64,000 nucleotides of DNA from positions 806,001 to 870,000 of the forward strand of contig OZ025787.1 of NCBI GenBank assembly GCA_964019425.1. Reading direction: 5' to 3'. The notes under the pieces were generated by a model. That model ran no database searches. It was not told where the DNA came from and saw nothing but the letters and a program-made list of their open reading frames with translations. Position 1 is the stretch's first letter, and each line of letters begins with the position of its first letter. Position numbers and translations under genes: made by a program. Of the stretch, positions 35,401-47,500 are shown in pieces. The stretch is from Flectonema sp. DT1601. Its lineage: Eukaryota.

Positions 35401-38168
35401 AATAAAAATTGTTTTTTTCGGTTTCCCCCTTTTTCTTCTTTTTTTTTTTTCTTGCTTTTTTTTAAGTAAGTACGTAATCTTATCCATTTTTTCAGGCATT
35501 TTCCATTTAACCATAGGCGCTGCAAAGAAACAATTGTAACGGAGAGGACACTCATTATGCATGAGTTTCACTACTTTAACATATCAATAAGAAGGTTTTA
35601 GTATGTTGTTGCTATCACAACCAATCACGCGGCGGATCACCGAGCAATAAGATAAAAAGGAAGGTATTAGGAACTAGGCAAGTTACAAAAGGGAAAGGGG
35701 CCGCGCGCATAGAAGCGCGCCCCAGGCAAGAATACTTTAACAGTTTTTTTTTTTTTTAGAGAGAAATACTACAGCGGAGGACCAATTCCATTAATGTGCT
35801 TAAGAGCTAAAAGCACGTCAACATAAGACAAGAATAAAAACTTCATTCTTAAAGGAGTGTGAGGAAGAGTAACAATTCAACACACGTTGCTATCACTGAT
35901 GCTTTAATAGTTGAAGGGTTAATAGATACGTATTATCAAGCTCCAAGGGTGGGTTGTACGAAATTTAAGGGAAGAAGACTTTAAGATGAACTGAAACAAG
36001 GACGGGAACACATTGTGCCGTAAAAGAATTTTAGCTTACTGCTGAGTACGGGTGGGTAGGTTTGTACAACTGTCAACTCTTCCTACAACCACATGAGAAG
36101 GGTTAGTAGGTGAATGTTGTTTTAGTTGTTTTTTCGTTTTTGAATTGGTTGATCTTTTGTTTGTGCCTTCTAAAGATAAAATCATAAAACTAAACACCCC
36201 ATACCACTTGGTGAGCAGGTGTTGTACTACATTGAGCGCTGTAGTGCTATCCATGTGTTTAGAGAGGAGGGACGGGATAAAAGAAGAAGAAGAATAAATA
36301 ATTATGTTGTTTCTTGCATACGCATTAATAATCAGCTGGCAAGCAACGAAAATTCTTTACAGTTGGTTTTTTATTTTGCACGCAAAAAAACAACGGTCAA
36401 CGTGGCCAAAGTTTCAACCTATCTGGCCGAAATAAAAGGCCACTATAAACCGTATTTGCTGCTTACGTTATTATGTTTATCTCTAACAACACGTTGCTGC
36501 GAGAAATCCAAAAAGAAAAAGGGAAAAAAAAAAGAAAAAAAAAAAGAGAAATTTTTTTAACAGGAAAGAGAAGAACATTATTTTACTAACAATCCCTTAC
36601 TTTCTTACTTTCTTGCAAACTATGATCGATGAAACAGAGCTTTTTTTTTTTTTTTTTTTTGTAAAATAATTCACTTTTCATGCTACTCACACATCGCGTC
36701 ATCGTAGCAAGAGTGAACAATATTACTAATAAGAGGGAAGGGAAGAATATGTTTGTGGTGTAATCAAGCGAAAAACAGCAGAAAAACTACTTTAGTTTCG
36801 TATCTGACGATCAAGAAGGCATGTAAGAATACGGGGAGGGAACTACCCTGCTACCTGGCTAGAGTCACACATGAGGATTCAAGCAAAAGGGGGAGAAGGA
36901 TAAGAAGGGGAAAATACCAAGACACGTGAACAAACAGGGTGAATTATGTGCTAACTTTTTAAAATGCAGTAATGTTGCGATCCCTGTGGGTGCGGCGGGG
37001 TATCAGATGCGATAAAAATAAAATAAAAAAAAACAGGAAACGAAACAAACAAAACATCACATTGAAGTTGAGTAAGTTACTTCCATTCAAAGACAAGACA
37101 ACGTCAGCAAGGGTGCATTCTGAAACACACACTACAAGCTGTAATCTACAGTAACAACTACATAAGCCTAGACAAATAACAGAATAATAAGTTGAATTAC
37201 AAGAAAACAAAAAGCCATGATAGAACCATAAATTACCCAGGAAGGAAACCAGTAAAGTCGTAAAAACGGTTGGTAATTACGGAACACACGACATTTCCTT
37301 TTAAATTCCTTATGCTAGTATCCGTCAAAATACAAGCAGAGACTACTGCATTATTATAAAGGTTATTTCCTCTGCAGACACATGAGTGTCTAGGAGGGTG
37401 TGGAACTGATATTCTAAATTGGTTATTTTTGTAAGGAAAATACATTCAAAAGATGTAATCATACAGGACGCCTTTTTTTTTTATTAAAATTCTCTTTTTT
37501 TTCTTAATTTGTGAGTGAAAGATAAGGCTGCTGCTGTGACTCCAAATGCAATTTTTTTTTTTTTTTTTCTTCTTTTTTTTCTAATAATTATGAGGCTATC
37601 AAGCTTCAACGCCCACAAAAGTAATTTTTTAGTACGTAAAACAATAGACAACTAGTGTTTGCTATACGCAAGTACAGTGACAAAATTGCTTTAAGTTGAG
37701 CTCTGGTTTTTTCTTTTTCTCTCAAGCTATATTTCTTTTCTTAATTCTTATTTTCTTTTTTTTTCGTTATTATCGTGAGAAAAAACTAAATGCAAAGCAA
37801 AAATTAGGATTAAAAAGCTTAACATCAAAGAACAAAAAGAAAATTTAAAAAAAAAAAAAAAAAAAAAAAGAGGGGAGGGGAGGGGGAAAAAATAATTGGA
37901 AGGTTGCATTCGTTGCGAAACAATAATTTTGAGGATTTTGGAAGGGAGAAATCGATTCATACTAATATCACTATCGAACTACAGACTTAAAAAACGCCTA
38001 ATCTAAAAAAACAACATAACAGTAGCCTCGTGAGCCACGTTCTTTGCTATTCATTTTATTTTTTCGTTCTTTTAGTGAAATCAAAACCGTTGCTAAAACA
38101 AAGTAGACGGCTAGGGGGGGAAATAGAAGTCGCAGAACCCGACGTCGAACACAATAATAGTTGGAATC

Positions 38169-39296
38169 CTATTCGTTGTCTAAGTCTAACTCGTTAAGCA
38201 TAGACCAGACTACGACATCATCTTCTTGTTCGATTTCAAGGTTTTGATCAGAATTATCAAATTGCTGCTGCGTACCAGTCGGTTGAATTGGTAACAACTC
38301 CGAAGGTGATTCCATTTGTTTAAAACCAGTCAAACAGGTTAAGTCAGGAGTACCATCACCACTATCAACCTCACTGTGAATAACAGAATGGCTCTGCCAA
38401 CTACTGGTTTCAGCCTCGTCATCTGAAGATCTTGAATCAACACCGCTGTATGAATTATTATAATTCGTTGTCTGATTATAGAACGGAGCGTACACTTCAT
38501 TCTGCCACTCACCATTTCTGTTGTAGTACTGTTGGTGTTGCTTTCCATTCTTCGATGCCTTTGCTTTCAAATACTTCTCTCTCGTAACATGAATCGAATA
38601 GCAGTTTGGACCCATCGGACATACACCTCTCGTAATGTAAGCAGCGCATAGCTGAACTTGCATGTCTTTTAATTTACTACAACACATCTTTCGGTAGGAA
38701 TCCTTTGCAGCTCCACTCTCAATTTCAGAGTAACGGAATGAGAGCGTGTCATTACGTCCGTCCAAGGTGTCAATTACGACAACTTCACTAACGTAAACTT
38801 TCTTATCAGCGTGGTACAGTTCTCTGAGTGTTTCCACTAAACAATAGTCAGCATGGATCTGTAAACAGTTGTGTTTCATGTTACATTTGTGTTGTTGATG
38901 CTTCATACAGATTTGAGCTTTTCTTCCCGTAGGATTGTGAATGTGAGTTTCTAAACCAGTAGTGCGGTCCAGCTTGCTGCGGGGTAAGTAGTACATGCGC
39001 TCGTTAAAAGGATCACAACACTGCACCGTGAGGTCTCTCTCTTCAGGGATGTAAAGTAGTGATACAACACTTGGGATTCCTTTACTGTCTACGTAAGAGA
39101 GCGTTTCAGGACCTGAATGCGGCTGCTGATTTTGAACGTGCTGCTGGTGGTTTGAGTGATTGTGTCTTCTTTGACGGTACTCACTACCGTTGTGGTGGTG
39201 TTCTCTTTGGTAATCTCCTCCATGGTGAGATTGCCTTCTGTGGTGGTAGTGCGACTGCTCACCATAACCCTGACCGTGACCGTGGTAAGACATCAT
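38169..39296 (-). CDS. Tandem CCCH zinc-finger (probable RNA-binding) protein
   Basis: CMKHQQHKCNMKHNCLQIH (C-x7-C-x5-C-x3-H) and CAAYITRGVCPMGPNCYSIH (C-x8-C-x5-C-x3-H). His/Gln-rich N-terminus and acidic tail. Confidence 0.85.
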   Translation of the reverse strand: MMSYHGHGQGYGEQSHYHHRRQSHHGGDYQREHHHNGSEYRQRRHNHSNHQQHVQNQQPHSGPETLSYVDSKGIPSVVSLLYIPEERDLTVQCCDPFNERMYYLPRSKLDRTTGLETHIHNPTGRKAQICMKHQQHKCNMKHNCLQIHADYCLVETLRELYHADKKVYVSEVVVIDTLDGRNDTLSFRYSEIESGAAKDSYRKMCCSKLKDMQVQLCAAYITRGVCPMGPNCYSIHVTREKYLKAKASKNGKQHQQYYNRNGEWQNEVYAPFYNQTTNYNNSYSGVDSRSSDDEAETSSWQSHSVIHSEVDSGDGTPDLTCLTGFKQMESPSELLPIQPTGTQQQFDNSDQNLEIEQEDDVVVWSMLNELDLDNE

Positions 39297-39451
39297 TTTA
39301 GTGAATTGGTGGCAAACGTGTAGGTTGAAAGTCCTGTATAAAGAGGGGAAAATTAACCAAAACGAACATTCATTAAAGCCAAATCACCGCTCTATGCGGG
39401 CCACAATAATAATTAGTTTAGTTAACAGCAGCTGTTACCTCCCCTTGTTGG

Positions 39452-40285
39452 TCACCGTTTTAATGATTTTTTTATAGAAGCCTTTCGGTTGGTGCCTTTT
39501 TTCTCAGAGGGTTTGCTCGTCTTATTTGTTTCTTGTGGAGAATGTTCTGAGAGATCAGATTCAGAGTCGAACGTTGCTTTTTTAATTTCTGATTGCTGTT
39601 CATCAACAGATACCATCTCTTGACTGCTGCTGCAATCTGAAGAACTGTCGCTGTCACTGAAGTTAGTTTTACGTCTTTTGATCTGCTGTTTGTCAGAAGT
39701 ACTCAGAGCTGGTTTTAGCAGGTCATCGTCAGGGTCTGTTGTTGTAATGACACCATTAGATGGAGTCTTACAAATCCTTTTTAAATAATTATTGGTTTCA
39801 GTTTGTATAATTACAGCCTTTGCGTATGAGATACCCGCCAAACAAAATAGGTTTGCGAAATCTTCGGATCTGCGAAGTTGATGAGATCGCTTTGCACCAC
39901 TCGAAATAATTAAACTTTTTGACTTCGTCAACTTTACGAGTTGTCGTAATATGTCAATAAAACTTTGTCTTGCTTCACGGTTGCCTAGAGTGGTAGAGAA
40001 AATGACTTCAAATACACAGCCAGAAGCCAATAGCCGTTTGACAGGTTCTTCTTGACGAGTTGTAAACCTACCAGTCAACGTAGAAGGATCAATAATGATC
40101 AAATCTGGTCCGGTTGGATACAACCGAGACACGTCTTCTACTTCTTTAATAGTGTGTGATTTAATTTTTCTTAGACAACCGACTATCCCTCTGCTGTTGT
40201 CATCAGAGATAGTTACACCTTCACTCCAACCCATTTCTTTTATGTCATTTGGATCAATATTTCCACTGACGTTCCATTCAATCAT
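39452..40285 (-). CDS. RPP30: RNase P/MRP subunit p30 (RPP30/Rpp1)-like protein
   Basis: DLIIID...G.VFEV.FS..L.....R..FI.....LV..TK.K.LIISSGA.....LR...D..NL..L.G matches the RNase_P_p30 core as I recall it. An in-frame stop lies upstream of ATG 40285. Basic/acidic disordered tail. Confidence 0.8.
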   Translation of the reverse strand: MIEWNVSGNIDPNDIKEMGWSEGVTISDDNSRGIVGCLRKIKSHTIKEVEDVSRLYPTGPDLIIIDPSTLTGRFTTRQEEPVKRLLASGCVFEVIFSTTLGNREARQSFIDILRQLVKLTKSKSLIISSGAKRSHQLRRSEDFANLFCLAGISYAKAVIIQTETNNYLKRICKTPSNGVITTTDPDDDLLKPALSTSDKQQIKRRKTNFSDSDSSSDCSSSQEMVSVDEQQSEIKKATFDSESDLSEHSPQETNKTSKPSEKKGTNRKASIKKSLKR

Positions 40286-40323
40286 TTCTGACCTGACTTT
40301 TCACACAATTCGGATATTAGTAC

Positions 40324-40350
40324 CTGAAAAGAGTAAAACTATTGTTATGT
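40324..40350 (-). promoter_or_regulatory. Candidate 5' (trans-)splice acceptor upstream of the RPP30-like ATG
   Basis: Minus strand reads ...gttttactcttttcAG|gtactaat, 38 nt upstream of ATG 40285. Confidence 0.5.
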
Positions 40351-42740
40351 AATAAACTTAACACACTTCCTCACATGAATAAAGTACGAACAGAAATCGA
40401 CCATCAGTAAAAAATAAAAAGAGTCTTTTAACTCAAACTGTGGGATTGCAAACGCACATACCAGCCTTCAGCTTCAATTGCTGGGAAGAGAGAGAATAGA
40501 AGAATCGCAGCAAACGAATTGCTGCGTGTAGAGAGCGAACAATAAATCCATTATATAATTTCAGGATTTCATTGTTAGTAAGATATAAAAAAAGAAAATA
40601 TAAAAAAAAAAAAGAACAAAACTAACGAGATCAGGTCAGTAAACAATGTAATTGTTAACACCTGGTCACTCTACTCGGTATTAAATTATTGTGACTACCC
40701 ATCAGAAGGTAATTAGTCATACAAAGTGTATTTATAATCACTTCGTATCAATACATCAACCGATAAGTGAAAAATAAAAAAAAGAGAGAGGGAGAACCAC
40801 AGACACCTAACAAGGAACTAAATAAAATAGACTCCTGTAGGGTCGTATTACAAGTTTGGGAAATTCTTCATCAAATTGCCCAAAAATGTGTTCAGTGGAC
40901 TATTTATATTTTTCGTTCGTTAAGAAGAGGGTAAAAGGTTGACGTCTGAACAAGTCAACAAGAATACAATCAACTCGAAAACGGTCGATATAACAACACG
41001 CCACAATGGAAGAAACCCTCTGAAAAAAATTCACAAATTTCAAAAAAGATCTCTTGCAACAAGATTTATTTATTTATCGAAGTCTGGAAGTCAAGCATCT
41101 AGAGAAGCTTACGAAGTACTTATCATTGGTACCACGTAAATTGATCAGAGATAACTTAACTGATTACCCAAACCCACTACATGCATGAAGCAGGCAGTGT
41201 AAGAAACGAGAAAATAATCTGAGTAGTTAGCTAGAATGAGTTTATTAGTTAGTTGTAGAAAAAATTAATACGTTTTCACAAAAAAAAAAAGGGGGGGGGG
41301 AAACCAATAGGAGGGAAGTGATTGGAGGTTGTAATCTGACTACTTCGTAGCATCTCAGAGAGATTGAAATAACATAAAGAGATCAGGGTTCCTAAAAACG
41401 GACCCTCCAACAAGAGAGGAATAAAAACAGCTACAGCAACAACCATAAGAAGCATCCTGTATTAGCCAACGACAGGAAAGCAGGCTACTAGTTTTTTGGT
41501 TGTAAACTGTGTAAACAACAGGAAATGAAAGGAAAGAATAGGAAAAGATTACATCACTCTGATACAAACGAAGCATGAAAAGCATTGTCTATGCAAAGAG
41601 TTCGAAATAATTAATAAAATTGGAACACTTAGCTGAAAAGATACAACATGAAGCACACAAAAGGTTAGTATAACAGTTTCTACCAAATAGTAGAAGTTGA
41701 TAAGAAAGATATTTAAATTATGTTATGGTCAACCGCATAGCAGCTACCAGATAACGTTTACAATTATCGAGGGTAAAGGTTTCAGGTAGAGTCTTAGGAA
41801 TGCTTACCACAGCAGGACTTTTACTGACACACTGTTGCAGAACAGAAAGGAGAGAAATAAAACGACAAAGTCAAGTAAGCCTGCTAACCACAATCCAAGA
41901 TCACAATGAGCTACACGAATGCAGCTGTTTTGTTATAGCAACGGTGGAATTGTTCGCAAGGTAGCAACAGTAAACTACAACATAACAAACGTACTGAACC
42001 AAAACAGAGACACAGAAAGTGATTTCCTACTAACAAATCAGTTAACTGCCAGCGGATTTTCCGGGGGAAAAAAAAAAAAAAAAAAAAAAATACTTATTAT
42101 GTTACCTTCTTGCAAAACTTAAAAAATAGAAGCATTAAATAATAAATTGGAGTTTTTTTTTTGTTGTCTTCAAAATAAATCTGGAGAAGACCTAAAAAAA
42201 GTAATACTTTACCGCAGTACAAAAAGAAAGACTACTGGTGGTTTGTAAACATAAAACAAATTTAAAAAAAAAAATCTTCATCGAAGGTAATGAAAAAGTA
42301 ACTCATCACTTAACGATGTGAAGAAGAATAATAAATAAATAAAAACAATTATAGAAATCAACTATAACAATTCAGTTACCAGTATGGTAACAAACATGAG
42401 GATGAAATGGTATAAGGAAGATTAGGGTGTGACAAAAAAAAAAGAAAATAGAATGGGAAATATAAACAGGTTTGCCACCGATGACGGCGGCAGAGAGAGA
42501 GATATGACCCCATCGCACTAATACAAGGAACACACACGCACGCAAGTTAAGAACTTTTCGCAAAGAAAAAAAAGAAAATCACCATTGTCACTAATATACC
42601 ACAACAGGATAGTGTCAAAAGAGAACAGCTTGTCAGAAAAGACTTCATTGCCGCCTCCAACGATCAATAAAAAAGAACAAAAAAAAATTTATCATGTTAT
42701 ATAAAAGCTATATAAACAAACGACTTGGTAAAGGGGGATT

Positions 42741-43010
42741 TAAAACGATACGAAAGGATCTATCTGGGAAGAATACTGCAGACCTTTTGCACAAAAACAA
42801 AAAAACAATAAAAATACTGTCACCACAAAACAAGCATTGTAACAATAGCTAAGTTTCTTTTTGGTGAAGGCTACGTGAACGTAGTTGAGCACCTCTCGCC
42901 TCCGCTACCGCAACAGTGGAGAGGGTGATGTAAAACGATACTAAAGGATCTATCTGGGAAGAATACTCCTTTTGCAAAAAAATAAAAGTACTGTCACCAA
43001 CATGGATAGT
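42741..43010. repeat. Local imperfect direct duplication (about 80-90 nt, period about 190 nt)
   Basis: aaaacgatac(g/t)aaaggatctatctgggaagaatact...ttttgca...tactgtcacca at about 42742-42825 and about 42932-43000. Confidence 0.8.
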
Positions 43011-43225
43011 TTTACAAATGTAGAAAACAGTAATAAACTTTTCAATACTGAAATAAGTAATATTAAATAAGGTTAAACTGGGGAAAAATAAATAAATAAA
43101 TAAATCAGAAGATCTAACTTCATTTTTTTAGAATACTTCGATAGAAACTAAAAAAAAAAGTAAATAAAGTGTATTACACTTGTGTATAACTGAAATATTT
43201 AAAAACCATTCAGATAAGCCTTATA

Positions 43226-43304
43226 TTTTGTTGATCGCAGCTAGTTTTACTGGCGCACAGGGAAATAGATAACATGACATAATAAATAACGGCTCTTAAT
43301 CTGA
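43226..43304. repeat. Dispersed ~80-bp repeat, copy 2
   Basis: tttgttgatcgcagctagttttactggcgcacaggga...aacggctcttaatctga; matches 26258-26338. Confidence 0.8.
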
Positions 43305-43452
43305 GTGCAAAAATAAAAAAAAAAAAACTTAAAATTCGTATTTTCTATTTCGTTCACTATTTCAGGTTGCCCTTTTGACTGAGCAAGTTATTTGATGATT
43401 TGTTATAACCTTATAACAAATCATTACAACCTTGTCATCTGAATTTCTGAGG

Positions 43453-43598
43453 GAACAAACGAGTTGGCAGTTGGGAGGGTGAAACTTTGCAATTTTAGGA
43501 TTAAAAACACAATATCAAGTACTTGACTGAAAAAAAATTGTAGCTGATAATCAAAGAAAAGGTACGTTTCCGAGAACAAATGAGTTGGTAGTTGGGAG
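43453..43598. repeat. Short direct repeat pair (about 25 nt, 121 nt apart)
   Basis: gaacaaacgagttggcagttgggag (43453-43477) versus gaacaaatgagttggtagttgggag (43574-43598). Confidence 0.7.
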
Positions 43599-44502
43599 AC
43601 TGAAAAAAAGAATAACAATAATTGGCTTAAAAAAGTTGTAAAAGGATGTTAAAAAGAGTTGTTTTTAGCATAAGAAAATAATAATTAAATTTAATAATAA
43701 TAAAAAAAAAAAGATTATTTAGAAGGAATAAAAAGTTACTTAATATCTGTTATCGAGGTTTTGTGGTTACCTCTTGGCGCTTTACAGCAAATTAGTAGTA
43801 AGAAAAAAAGAAAAAAAAAAGAGTACCTCGATTGACTAATGCTAGGAAAAGCTGTGTCACACAATCAACGCACATCAATAAAAAGTAGAGAGCGGAATAA
43901 CTGTTTGATTTTTTGTAAAATCAAACACAACTGTTCTGTATCATAACATAAACGATAATTTAACTACGGTGATGCTTACCTCTATTCTCTCATCATCAGT
44001 ATGGTGTAGAGAGAGTGACGAATGCTACCGTATATTACAGTCATGTCACATTTATCGAGAGAGAGAGAGAGCTGGAAAATATTCAAAAGATTATCGCAAG
44101 AAATAATTAGAATAATAAAAATCAGAGTTGACTTGAAAAGAGGGAGGTAAAATGTATAGTTTTGAGGTGAAAAAAAACGTCATGGAGTTAGCTTGCGTTG
44201 CTAAGCATGTCCCTTTTTTTTTTCTTTTTTTTTAAAAAAAATAACATAAATATGTACTTTTTGAAAATAAACAAAAAGGGTAATAGAGAACAAGAGAGAA
44301 AAAAAAAAAGAATTATTTAATTATAAATAATTAACGCAAGCAATGCGGTTTTGTCAGTAAAGACAATTAAACCTTTTACAGAACAACACCTGTTACAAGA
44401 TACTGTCAGGGATGTCATTTGGGGGTGTGTGATAATAGGCGGTATAGGTAGGAGGATAGTTGTTATTAGTTGCATCGTGAAGATTGTTTCAGTCTAATTA
44501 CC

Positions 44503-47500
44503 CTACACACGAACATTTATAATTCCTTCATCGCTGGCGCTTCCGAGTGATTCCAGCGACTCGACGTTCGGAAGTCTTGGTGGAGCTTCCACACTTCTGC
44601 GGGGTCGGCTGACGCGGGCACTCTTAACCCCACTTGATCGTCGAATGCCTGTCAAAGACCGACTCCTTCCAGCCGGAGATGGAAATATTTCTTCATCAGG
44701 AAACCCAATAGACGTATTAATAACAGGTGGCCCTCGTCGAGACTTGCCTGTTGAGACATGCGGTGATGACAGCGGGTTTTCTCGCTGACCAAATGCGATG
44801 CTTCCTTTTCTTCGACCTGAAATAGATCCTCTCTTGGGTACTTCATTACCATCATCAGATATTATAGTCCCTAATGATCCTATTGGAAGTGATCCTCTAG
44901 AATGAATAGAATCACTAAAGTCCATCGCTGTGATTGATGCCTTCTTTCTAACTACTGGTGGTATGTAGGGAGAATCTCCACTGCTTTCCGAAAGTATGTC
45001 TTGAGGTCTGCTTGAGATTCCTGAAAAGGATTCGAGTGTCTTTGATGTTTCAGTTTGCGTTTGATTAATATGAACATCAGTAGTATTTTGATTAGAAGTT
45101 AAATCAACTCTATGAAGTGGATTAGTAGAAGCTGATGGTGGTTCTATCGATGATTTCCTTTCACAAAGCGGTGTCAGTATAGTACCTTCTTCGTCTTCAG
45201 CTAAGAGTTGAAGAGTTGCTAATTTCTGCATCCGAGCTCGTCTACCAGTTGCTAAGATGTAGATATCTGAAATAATGTCAGCAGCAGTCTTAATTAAAAT
45301 ACTAAAGAAAATAATTTCAAACAATATATCAGCCAATTCAAATAACCACATTTGCTTAAACCTGAAAGCAAAACCAGCGCTCTGCAAGAAGAGACCAGCT
45401 GCGACCAACGCATTGAAAGCGGGGAAAAAGCATAAATCGAGGCGTCTAACATACGGACGTGCATATAAGTCGCTTATTGCTAAAACTGTAAAAACACCTC
45501 CGCTTGCTCCTCGCAGTCTAGCACAGCTTTCTAAAGTATCAGGCAACTGACTCGTCAGTAATGATGAAATAAACAAACAGACAATACTACAAAGTGTGTG
45601 AGTTACGTTCTGCTGTTTGAAAGGTTTCAACATGCATGTCCATTGCTCATACAACAGCGGGTGATTCCTTCTTAAACTAACCCACTCACCAGGTCCTAAA
45701 AACATTAAAGAGGCTTTTGACTGATTACCAGGATCATCCATAAATATACAATGTTTTTTATTATAAACAATGTCTCTGATTATAACTATAATCTTCCAAG
45801 GGATAAAAACTCCGACCAACAAGGTAACCGAGAGTCCAATCATTATAAACCATATATTCGAACTATGAAAGAGTAATCTCAAACTTGAATGTAAGGTTCC
45901 CTGAAACAACATTAATAAAAGCATAATTGGGATAGATGGAAATCTCAGGTAGCCAAATGCGACTATTAGTGTTTCAGTTTTTAAAGACGAAGGTTGCATT
46001 TGGTGAACTACAACAGAAATGCTACCGATCAGAACAACTGTGACTCCGACTAGAAATAAATTTCCAACAACTGCTCCAAGAAATTGAGATTCAGAAATCA
46101 CCCACCTAGTTGGATGCATTGCGAATGGAATTTCTTGATTACCACAATCCAAAGAAAGAAGAACAAGCGCATGCATAGCTGAAGATGATACAGCACCCCC
46201 AGCAGCAAAGAAAGTTGCACCTAATTCTGAATTTAGTAAAACTTCTTCATAAGGTGATGCTTCCCCAACTAAAGCACCTTGCAGTACTACTGTACAATTA
46301 GCTTTGTCCCCATTTGAGTGGGAGACAGTGACGGTTACTGTTTGGTCTTTCAGTTGATCTTCATACGTCGGATTTCCAAAAAAAAATGTAATAAACTTTC
46401 CACAATTAAATGACAGCAGGGTGGAACAATGCTTCTCTCTAGTTTCCATTCGTTGTATCTCCGTGCCAACTGTGTTCCAAACTACGATGTTGTAATCTGA
46501 GAACTGCGTAGTAGAGTTCTCCCTATGTTTAATATCAATAGCTACTGACACACCCCTTATTGAAGTACCTTTTGTAGTGTCAGGACATTGTAATGATAAC
46601 ACCATATCAGGTGGTGGTGCATTTGTGACTGCAGCCCCTAACCCAGGTACTCCTGTTGGTGCAGTCGATTGGAATCCACCGATCCCTGTTGTCGGAGCTG
46701 TAGATGTCAGGGGTATCAGAGTTGGTACTCGTGGAATGGTTGTAGGAAGTGCCACTGGTGCAAGTGTTGGTAAAGAAGCTGGAGAAGCAGTTGGTGATAT
46801 CGAAGTTATTATGGGAACTGGTGTAGGTATCGAAGTTGGAATTGCTGCGAGTGGCGCAGGAACCAGGGACGGAGGAACTTGTGTTGGAAGTGTCGGTGGT
46901 GCCAGAGTAGGAGGTAATGGTGTAAGTGGTGCACTTGGTGTGAGTGTTGGTATCACCGTTGGCGCAGGTGCTGGAGTTGGTACTGAAGTCGGTGCAAGGG
47001 TTGGTGTTGTTGTTGGTGGTGCCGGCGGTGCTGGGGTTGGTACTGAAGTTGGTGAAACGGTCGGTATCGCTGCAGGTGTCGGAGTTGGTATTAAAGTCGG
47101 TGCAAGGGTCGGTATCGCTGTTAGTGGTGCAGGTGCTGGGGTTGGTACTGAAGTTGGTGTAAGGGTCGGTATCGCTGTTAGTGGTGCAGGTGCTGGGGTT
47201 GGTACTGAGGTTGGTGTAAGGGTCGGTATCGCTGTTAGTGGTGCAGGTGCTGGGGTTGGTACTGAGGTTGGTGTAAGTGTCGGTATCGCTGTTGGTGATG
47301 CCGTCGGTGATAGAGTTGGTACTGAAGTCGGTGCAAGGGTCGGTATCGCTGTTAGTGGTGCAGGTGCTGGGGTTGGTACTGAGGTTGGTGTAAGGGTCGG
47401 TATCGCTGTTGGCGGTGCAGGTGCTGGTGTTGGCACTGAAGTCGGTGTAAGGGTCGGTATCGCTGTTGGAAGCGCAGTTGGAGGTGCTGGTGTTGGTACC

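Noticed and set aside
35697..35724. GC-rich hairpin followed at a distance by a T-run (terminator-like)
   Set aside because: Intrinsic terminators are bacterial. The stem is built from self-complementary GCGCGC and may be chance.
29499..37960. Numerous 60-113 aa ORFs in intergenic DNA
   Set aside because: They are dominated by poly-K/poly-F from A/T homopolymers, mostly have non-ATG starts, and show no motifs.
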